A DNA stretch of 63,932 bases, the filler included, from Porpidia crustulata (Eukaryota), in assembly GCA_964255105.1 (NCBI GenBank). It is 10 parts of 10 records of this genome, joined end to end, with 100 filler letters (N's around TTAATTAATTAA, not from the genome) between each part and the next. Parts side by side here need not be neighbours in the genome. Positions count along the whole stretch, not along the records: positions 57,647 to 63,932 come from CAXUWE010001582.1; 9 more parts are not named here. One strand, given 5' to 3'. The position numbers were made by a program, and so were the translations under genes. Positions 63,890-63,932 of the stretch are shown one piece after another; position 1 is the stretch's first letter, and each line of letters begins with the position of its first letter. The notes under the pieces are model-generated. The model saw only the letters and a list, made by a program, of their open reading frames with translations. It was not told the origin of the DNA and did no database searches.

Positions 63890-63932
63890 AGTTGTTGTTT
63901 CTTGTAATGTACTACGATATACAGATATTTAC

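Overview
Genomic DNA of an intron-containing filamentous ascomycete (Pezizomycotina; a lichen-forming Lecanoromycete is plausible but is inference only). The window is not one locus. It is ten contigs of 6320, 6319, 6308, 6304, 6304, 6303, 6301, 6296, 6291 and 6286 nt, in descending length order, joined by identical 100-nt N44-TTAATTAATTAA-N44 spacers, so gene neighbourhood is meaningful only within a contig. About 20 protein genes are recognisable: bZIP-DUF3425 TF, RIB1, old yellow enzyme, Zn-dependent dehydrogenase, importin-alpha, POT1 (partial), a DUF7730-like protein, a hydrophobin, an S53 sedolisin, a cyclase-family hydrolase + Zn2Cys6 TF + sugar-porter trio, an NCS1 permease, a secreted Cys-rich repeat protein, a MOSC-fold protein, BFR1, RDS1, choline kinase, ALO1, a long Ser-rich protein and WBP1. 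There are also two apparent pseudogene fragments. Best leads: the three-gene catabolic-type cluster on contig 5, the secreted tandem Cys-module protein, an internally symmetric hydrophobin with atypical Cys spacing, a MOSC protein lacking its conserved Cys, a dense TGASTCA/E-box promoter, and a recurrent C-rich-then-G-rich strand-skew switch. No rRNA, tRNA, CRISPR array or intact transposon was recognised. All family calls come from motif recognition by eye, with no database searches.
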